Positions 56,021 to 64,000 of a stretch of 64,000 nt of DNA are shown piece after piece; the first letter of the stretch is position 1; each line of letters begins with the position of its first letter. The stretch lies in contig OX597835.1 of NCBI GenBank assembly GCA_951406725.2, forward strand, positions 17,670,001-17,734,000. Reading direction: 5' to 3'. The translations under genes were made by a program, and so were the position numbers. Source of the DNA: Octopus vulgaris (Eukaryota). The notes under the pieces are model-generated. The model was not told where the DNA came from. It ran no database searches and saw nothing but the letters and a program-made list of their open reading frames with translations.

Positions 56021-56205
56021 AGGGAGATTTTACGAAAAAAAACAAAAGACGAAGACAGCTGGTGTACAAAACAAACAGATGTATTAGTATAACGCTCAGG
56101 AATAGAAAAAGTCTTTTACGTTTCGAGCCTACGCTCTTCTACAGAAACGGACACAGAAAAAACTAGGAGAGAAAAAAATGTGTGCAGTGGCTAACGCTCT
56201 ATCAT
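56021..56205 (-). mobile_element. Penelope-type non-autonomous terminus next to (TA)n
   Basis: Same tatta..acgctcagga..acgtttcgagc..gctcttc layout as 11590-11750. Confidence 0.65.
56111..56152 (-). ncRNA. Minimal hammerhead-like motif (A6U core)
   Basis: Minus TTT-CTGTAGA-A-GAGC-GTAG-GCTC-GAAA-CG-TA-AAA. Confidence 0.6.
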
Positions 56206-56245
56206 GCTGAATACCATACATACATACATACATACATACATACAT

Positions 56246-56299
<54 letters not shown>

Positions 56300-56305
56300 G
56301 TGTGT

Positions 56306-56549
56306 GGAGGCGCAATGGCCCAGTGTTTAGGGCAGCGGACTCGCGGTCGTAGGATCGCGGTTTCGATTCCCAGACCGGGCGTTTTGAGTATTTATTGAGC
56401 GAAAGCACCTAAAAGCTCCACGGGGCTCCGGCAGGGGGTGGTGATCCCTGCTGTACTCTTTCACCATTCTTTCTTCTGTTGGCCTGCTCGCATTGTGATC
56501 AGCGATGTGTAACTACATCTGATGGACTGGTCGATCACGTGATCACGTT
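56306..56549 (+). mobile_element. Family C tRNA-derived SINE with internal deletions
   Basis: A box TGGCCCAGTG, B box GTTTCGATTCCC; homologous to 43729-44045. Confidence 0.9.
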
Positions 56550-58554
56550 ATATATATATATATATATATATGTATAATATTGCGTTTGAAGTAGGTGAAA
56601 CATGCGAATTGATAAGAGCGAAGGACAGGTTGAATTATCAGGCTTTTTACAGCCCGATATATATCTTCTTAGGCCGTCGTTGTTTTTTACACTACGAACC
56701 AAAAATAGAGATTTAAAAGTTAAGTTGAAAACCAGTGTGGTCTCAAGTTCGAACCCAGATCGAGTTTATTACCTTGGGTATTTATCTCTGACTATAGTAT
56801 CGGGTTACTGCAAGCTTTGTGCTTGTGAGTGATGTTACCTTAATAGCAACTGTGTCCTATTCCAGTGGTAGATTCATTTCTGTTTTTACGATGGTTTGCT
56901 TCTTCTAATTTCATGTTTTGTGTGACCCTTCTCAATTGATCTTTAGTTGACTCTAGCCAAGTTCACTCGGTTTTATGCTTTCACGACATGTCTCCGGTCT
57001 GAGAGTGACTTGGTACCTTCCTCTCTCTCAGCCCTAGATGTCATAAAACAACGGGACCATAGAGTGCCGCCCTTTCTCCAATCTGTGAAAGACCCTGGAA
57101 ACCGCCATGCGCCATCGTCCTTCCTCAACACACAAAAATCCTTAAATGTAATAAGTGCTATCCTTCAACCCAACAACTTCGGAGACTCTGAAATTCGTCA
57201 TCGACACCCCAATCAAATCCTATGAGCCACAGAAGCCCCTTAAATGGTCATTAGCGCTGACGTTTCGACTCTGATTATCCGATAAGAGTAAAAAAGAGAA
57301 ACAGTAATTTCTGTTTGAGTAAGTCAGCGATCAAACAGATTCCATCCATGATCATCTCGTCTTTTAATGTAATTTGGGGAAAATCCTAAGTGGCCCGTCC
57401 TGGATAGTAGATATGACTTAAGAGAGATTTATGTGCTTTTCAAGCTGATTGTGAAATTACCAGTCTACTCTGTCATTATTTCGGGCTCACTTTGGTCAAT
57501 AGATAGCGTAAGTCAAACGCAATATTCAATTTTAGGGGCCACAAGAAGTGCATATATCAATAAAGCGGTTTTCCACAGCCCTCACTGATTTGTTTATTAA
57601 GTAGTTCTCTTTTTGTGGTTGTGGTGGTGAATCGGTGACAGGGGTTAAGGTGGCAAACTGCAACTCACCTTAAAAGTATTGGTTTCATCTAATCTCAGTA
57701 ACTATTTAAAGGGGTCAGAATGTTTTACATCTGGCAAACAATTGAATGCAGTTACAGGCTGTGGAATTGGTTAAGTCTGAAGCGATGAAGTTCTATGTGT
57801 GATTGTTTGGAATATATTTGGACATATTAATCACATTTATTTATATTTGAAAGATTCACACAGATGAAAAGAAACGGGGAAGAAGAGAGGTGAGAAAGAA
57901 AGAGAAAAAAGGGGGAAAGGTGAGGGGCAAAGACGGAGGTGAAGTGCTGATGGACCACATAACCCAGAACAAGTGGGGTTCTCAGCCGCGCCCCAAAGTA
58001 TGATCGGCATGGCGTGGCCATGGAGAATGACCGGCGACACTCGTTTCAGTAGCCACTCCACTTCGCAGAGCCTATTTTTACGACGAGCCACTGGTATCCT
58101 TATTAGTACGGAGGTCCTAGAAGACCAGACATCTCGACGACAACGACGGGCACTAATTAATCCAGGCATCGTCATTTACTCGCGTAATGGAAATTGGTCT
58201 GTGGAATAGAGGGAGAGTATTTGAGCCCTTCACGAGATTAAGTTACGCGATATTTCTCTTTGAGCTTTCAATGAGATAAGGGTACGGATCTTAAATAGGA
58301 AGAGAAGGAGCATGTTTAATTGGGTCTTTAATGAGGGCAGATCCGTGGATGTGTAGCTATGCTAGATGGGACATATTTATTTGGTTTCATAACAAGGTTA
58401 GATCTAAGTCTACGGATGTTAACCAAACAAGGCGAACCTTACTTTCTGAGGCCTCAACGGGTGTAAATCTAGGGATTCAGAGTGTTTTAAATTCAGGTAT
58501 TAACGGAATTAAGTCGAGAGATGTGTAGCATAAAGGAGGAAGCTATCGGTTTTT

Positions 58555-58660
58555 TAAGCCCTTCACGCGGGAAAATCTGGAGATGTTTAGCGTAGAAGTT
58601 AACATTGCCCTTTATACATTCGGGGTCGATAAAATAAAGTACCAAAGCGGAGCAGTGGAT
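58555..58660 (+). mobile_element. Old family A SINE fragment
   Basis: cattcggggtcgataaaataaagtacca. Confidence 0.6.
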
Positions 58661-59587
58661 TGGTGGAACTGTGGAACTTCGGGTTACAGACATTGCATTT
58701 TTTGTTTCGGCTCTTTGCGTTCAAAGATCAAATCCCACAATCGTCTATACTGGTTTCTTCGGTGCCTTTAGTGACGTCCATTCTGCAGTAAATCATTCGG
58801 GGTTGTGTTTCTTGTTCGAGCCTAACTTTATTCTTGGACTTACCAATCTTGGCAGCGTTTTATGGAATCACCAGCACTGCCATTTTTGTGACTTAAAGAC
58901 AAATTGTGAGAGACTGGGTGGGGAGAACCTCTTTATAATCGTAAGTAAAGAGGTGTGCAGCAGAGAGAAAGCGGATATGGATTCTTTTAAATACCATGTT
59001 TCTAGATTTATCTTTCACCATCACAGAGTTTCACTACTGGTATACATCATTTACGGACAATAGCTAACATGGAACACCCTGCATGGTAGCTAGACATTGT
59101 TAGTAATAGTAACTAAACATCCCTTACTATTACATTGTTAGTAATAGTAACTAAACATCCCCCAAAACGGACCCTATTCACTTACATACCTAAAAATCAA
59201 GAAATAGAGAAAAATTGTGACTAGTACATTACGTAATATATCTGATTAGAAAACGAGAAGGTTATAAGTGGAACGCCTTTCATCATAGATTCTACTTTAT
59301 CAGGGTTGAAGTGGAGTTACCAACAACAACAACAATATCAACATCAACATCAACAACAACAACGGCAAAGATTAATTCTATTATGTAAAGTTCTCTGTGA
59401 AAGGCGTTAAGACTTGTCGTGACGAACAAAAAATGGCTGCTAAAATGTGACTCGTAACTCACCACGGTTCAGTGATGCTCTCTTACAAGTAGGGCCAATT
59501 TTTCAAAAATAAGAAGTATCTACGAAGGAGTGACACAATTTGGTCTTTGCAAAGCTCAACGCAAATTCTTATTGCTATAGCCGCTGG

Positions 59588-59812
59588 CTTGGCTGTGTGA
59601 TAAGAAGTTTGCTTCCAAACCACATGGATCCGGGTTCAGTCCTACTGCATGGCACCTTGAGAAAGTGTCTTCTGCTATAGCCTTGGGTCGACCAAAGCCT
59701 TGTGAGTGGATTTGGTAGATGCAAACTCAAAGAGGACCATATGTATATATACATATATATATGTATATATATACATATATATATGTAAACAAGTAAAAGA
59801 GTAAAAGAGTAA
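59588..59812 (+). mobile_element. Family B SINE 5' half joined to its tail
   Basis: Head and ccttgtgagtggatttggtaga, then aaacaagtaaaagagtaaaagag. Confidence 0.85.
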
Positions 59813-59845
59813 TATATATACACACACGCACATATATATGTATAT

Positions 59846-59898
<53 letters not shown>

Positions 59899-60319
59899 TA
59901 TATATATATATGTATATATACACACACACATATATATATGTATATTTACACACACACACACATATATATATATATATGTATATACACAAACATACACACA
60001 TATATATATCTGTTTCAACATATATATATATATAGTGTAGGTGTAGTTAGATGGGTTTAATACCTCTAAGGGATAATTAAATTCAAAGTCGCTCCTGGAT
60101 CTTACCTGTGTAGGTACAGACTTATGTAAAGTTGTACGGTAGCAGGTCATCCGGTTGGTAAACCGTAGTTTAGGTTATATAAGATAAGAAAATGGATATA
60201 ATAAAAATGGGAAGCTCGTGGGTTTCGTCGGTATGTCTGTAATTTAATATATAACAAAGAAGGAATATATATATATATATATATATACACGTATATATAT
60301 ATGCATGCGTATATATGAG

Positions 60320-60562
60320 CTTGAGCGTGTCTTTGTGTCTGTACTTGGCTCTCACCAGCACTTGGCAACAGGTGTTTGTCTGTTAACATCCCCGTGGCCA
60401 AATCTAAGGATTTGGCCACAGAAGACCGATAGAATAAATACCAGGCTTTATAAAAAAAAAAAAAAAAGAAAGAAGATTACCAGGGCCGATTCATTCAACA
60501 ACAAGTTCCCCGAAAAGGTGCCCCAGCATGGCCGCAGTCTTATGACTGAAACAGATAAAAGA
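60320..60562 (+). mobile_element. Family B SINE 3' half, diverged
   Basis: gaccgatagaataa...ggtgccccagcatggccgcagtc..atgactgaaaca. Confidence 0.8.
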
Positions 60563-61009
60563 TATATGATTTATAAGTTTCACTAAATTTCCCATCGGCG
60601 ATCGTACTCTGACTTAGGGGTGATGGTCATGTGCCCTTAAGTAGTAAGAAGGATTAGAAATGAATATCACAATATCGTCATTGAGAAGTGACCCTTGTTG
60701 AATATCTCATCGAGTACTCTAATATTCTATTGTACTCCTTTTCGTAGTAGAAGTACGATTTAAGGATCTCAAAAGAATTATCGCTAGATTCTGTTTCTTT
60801 TAATTTTCACATCGGATGAAAGCATCGGGAAGTAGTTTTCAGTGGTTATACACTAAGGAAGTGAAGAGATTGAGTATTTAAGGGGAATTGTCGTCTGTTA
60901 TAGGATAGGCAGTAATCGTTATGAAGGATACTCGGAGAAAACAAGAAATAAAGGGAAATGTTTCTGGTTTTTTTTTTTCGTTCTTTTGCACAACGGTACT
61001 GAATCATAA

Positions 61010-61390
61010 TTATCATGACCATCATCATCATCATCGTCGTCATCGTCATCAGCATTATCGTCGTCGTCGTCATCATCATCAGCATCATCGTCGTCGTCGT
61101 CATCATCATCATCAGCATTATCGTCATCGTCGTCGTCGTCATCATCGTCGTCATCGTCGTCGTCATCATCGTGGTCATCATCGTCGTCGTCGTCATCATC
61201 ATCATCATCATCGTCGTTGTCGTCATCATCGTCGTCATCATCATCATCATCATCGTCGTTGTCGTCATCATCATCGTCATCATCATCCTCATCATCGTTG
61301 TCGTCATCATCATCGTCGTCATCATCGTCGTCATCATCATCGTCGTCGTCATCATCGTCATCATCATCGTCGTCGTCATCATCATCATCA

Positions 61391-61421
<31 letters not shown>

Positions 61422-61429
61422 CGTCATCA

Positions 61430-61461
<32 letters not shown>

Positions 61462-61660
61462 ATCATCATCATCATCATCGTCATCTTCGTCATCGCCATC
61501 AACAACATCCGTCGTCGTCGTCGTCGTCGCAATCGACATCGCTGACAGTGTCGTTGCCCCCATTGTCGTCATCATCATCGTTGTCATCGTCGACATTGCC
61601 GTCATCGTCTCGTCGTCATAGTTATCGTCCTCGTTCATGTCGCCGCCGCTGTCCTCATCA
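61010..61660. repeat. (CAT/CGT)n mixed trinucleotide tract
   Basis: Direct reading. Confidence 0.95.
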
Positions 61661-61985
61661 TTAGCACCAGCTTACCAATCTCAGAACCACCATAGCCATT
61701 CAAACTTGACTTTAACAGTGAATCAACCACCTTAACAGCAACAGCAACAACAACAACAACGCTTTATAAGGTATCGTCTGTGTGTATGTGTGTGCACACA
61801 TATATATATATATATATATGAGCACATATAAATTTATGTATTTGAGTTTGGTTGTATATATGTGTGTATAAATATATACTCTCACATATATAACTAGATT
61901 CAGTTGAATAAAGCATCTAAAGTTGATGGTCAGGTCTGTTGTTACTTTGTTACTTCTTCAATTATAATTCTCATATTTATGTATA

Positions 61986-62022
<37 letters not shown>

Positions 62023-62189
62023 GCACACACATATATGTGTATATATATATATATAAGTATATATGTATGCGTGTGTATGTATATATATGTATCTATATAT
62101 GTGTGTATTCATATATATATATATGCATATATATGTATATGTATGTATATGTATATATATATATTTATGTATTTGTTTTTGTGTGTATC

Positions 62190-62239
<50 letters not shown>

Positions 62240-62487
62240 AAAACATAGATATATATACATGCACACACATATAAGCACATGTGTGTTTGTGTGTGTGTGT
62301 GTGTGTGTAGTTAGACACAGAAACGCGCACACACAGACGCAATATAACAGCTACAGACCCCAATTGCGGAACCTCAACGTGTTTTGCCAGAAATAGTACT
62401 GGAATCCCTCTTCAAATCACACGGCAGAGGAAGGGCTTATTTCATAGTATAGTTCTAGATATATTAGGATTGAACAAAAAACAGCAA

Positions 62488-62960
62488 TGTCATGGCTGGA
62501 ACGACTGTGATCGTATATATGCTGGATGAAAGTCGGCCTGGGGTTAAACAACAACAGCAGAGACAGCAGCATACAACTACAACAGATAGAGAGATATGGT
62601 CGCGCCACCTGCTAGTAATAGTAGTTAAATCTGCCTTAAATCACGTCTTAAATATGGGAAGTACACGCTGGATTAGCTTGTTTTAGATATAAGCATAAAA
62701 ACGACAGGTGGGGTGGTTATGGTTGGAATACTTTTGATCATAGGTTCCCTCGATTGTAAGTCACCAGGGACTAAGCAACAGCGACAACAACAGCGATTTT
62801 TGATGTCTCATTTGAGCGGTACAAAATTTATCGTACCAAGGTGGACAAAGACAGAAGCCTCATCATTACAGAACATAAGATAGCCTTATATGATCGATTG
62901 CAGTTAAACTGGTTCCTTGGGGGTTGACCTGGGCCTAAAATACCACCACCACCACCACCA
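62488..62960 (+). repeat. Degraded copies of an old dispersed repeat ending in (CAA)n
   Basis: atgg.tggaa....tgatc.ta...ctgggg.taaacaacaac pattern at ~62490, ~62718, ~62885 and also ~59268. Confidence 0.4.
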
Positions 62961-63454
62961 CCATCATCATGATCATCATCACTGTCATCATCAACTACAT
63001 CGACTAATGAGAACAGTCATTTGTGGGTGGGATTCGAACACGGGAAAGACAGGTGAAAGGAATATAAGGTAGATAGTCTCGTTGGTTGCTGCGGTGTTTC
63101 AGTCATCTCGAGCATTTCGTTCAATTATCGATAATAGCAAAATCATTAAGAATAATCATCAGCAAGAGATAATCTATCAATCACTACAGAAACATGACAA
63201 CTCACAAAAAAAAAAAAAAAATACAACCTCTACGTGGTTTCCTGATTTGCAAAAAATAGCAGTCTAAACTCTGCCGAATCAAACATTGCTATCTTAAATG
63301 AAGAAGACCACATGAATTTATCGTCCTGAGGCCATTAACATAGAAAAACATAAGGAAACATGGTAGAATATCCAGTGGAAATGGTTTTGGGTTCTGTTCA
63401 AGAAATCCAAATATGAGGCTAAATTACAACTACTGTATCTACCAATATCGGTTT

Positions 63455-63843
63455 AAAATGTTGGTATAAGGTCAGTAAGTTTGTGGTAGGGAGAATCGAT
63501 TACATCCAGACCAATGCTCAACTGGTACTTATATTGACGTCCTTGAAAGGATTAAATGAAAAGTCGACAATTACGGAATTTGAACTTATAAAGAAATGCC
63601 CCGCGTGCTAACGATACTGCCAGCACACCACCTTACTTTAGCACGGAAATATTAATTTCAAATTTGGGTACAAGGCTTGCAATTTCAGGGGATGGGGTAA
63701 GTCGGTTACATCGACTATTGACCCGGAAGGATGAAATGCAAATTCGTCCTCCACGGGATTTGAACTCAGAAGAACGTAAATACGAACGAAACACCGTTAA
63801 GCATTTTAATCGGCGTGCTGCTAACGATTCTGCCAGCTCGCCG
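63455..63843 (-). mobile_element. Two old family A SINE copies
   Basis: actggtactt..gtcgac..ggaatttgaact..gctaacgat.ctgccagc twice. Confidence 0.75.
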
Positions 63844-64000
63844 ACTTACTTAAGCTACGAATGTTGATTGAAGACTAAACCTTTCCTCTGTTATTTTTAG
63901 TGGGATTTTGTTCACGAGAAATTTTATGAAATCGGTGTTTACTACCTGCGACATCAGCAAAACTTCAGCTCATGTTTGGCTCGCCTATCTCTCGGCAAAA

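Noticed and set aside
57255-57290. Minus-strand GAAACGTC hammerhead half
   Set aside because: No CUGANGA-like core or stem II upstream.
60919-61638. Poly-Asp ORF resembling acidic shell-matrix proteins
   Set aside because: Mixed GAT/GAC microsatellite open in multiple frames; no signal peptide; similar tracts occur elsewhere in the window.

Overview
AT-rich, microsatellite-saturated, gene-poor eukaryotic DNA. The repeat repertoire (three abundant tRNA-headed SINE families, RTE and Dong/R4 LINE ends, Penelope-like elements) is most consistent with an octopus/cephalopod genome; this is inference. Almost every ORF in the supplied track is a simple-repeat artefact. Real protein relics are all decayed transposons: a Penelope-like RT (32550-33800), two Dong/R4 endonuclease ends (31330-32031), an RTE 3' end (25629-25920) and two Tc1/mariner fragments (16040-16345, 28679-28890). 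The only host-gene candidate is a weak pair of phase-compatible terminal exons (3741-3807, 4888-4939). The most notable signal is RNA structure: eight type-I hammerhead-ribozyme-like motifs, none with a canonical CUGANGA core (five CCGANGA, one CUGUAGA, one compensatory U3-A8 UUGACAA, one decayed). They lie in a Penelope 3' end, in short (TA)n-embedded non-autonomous elements, in a tRNA-headed fold-back element and in a 341-bp terminally redundant retrozyme-like unit. One SINE family also repeatedly forms ~184-bp head-to-tail multimers with a near-fixed junction. All structures were read by eye and coordinates of decayed repeats are approximate.
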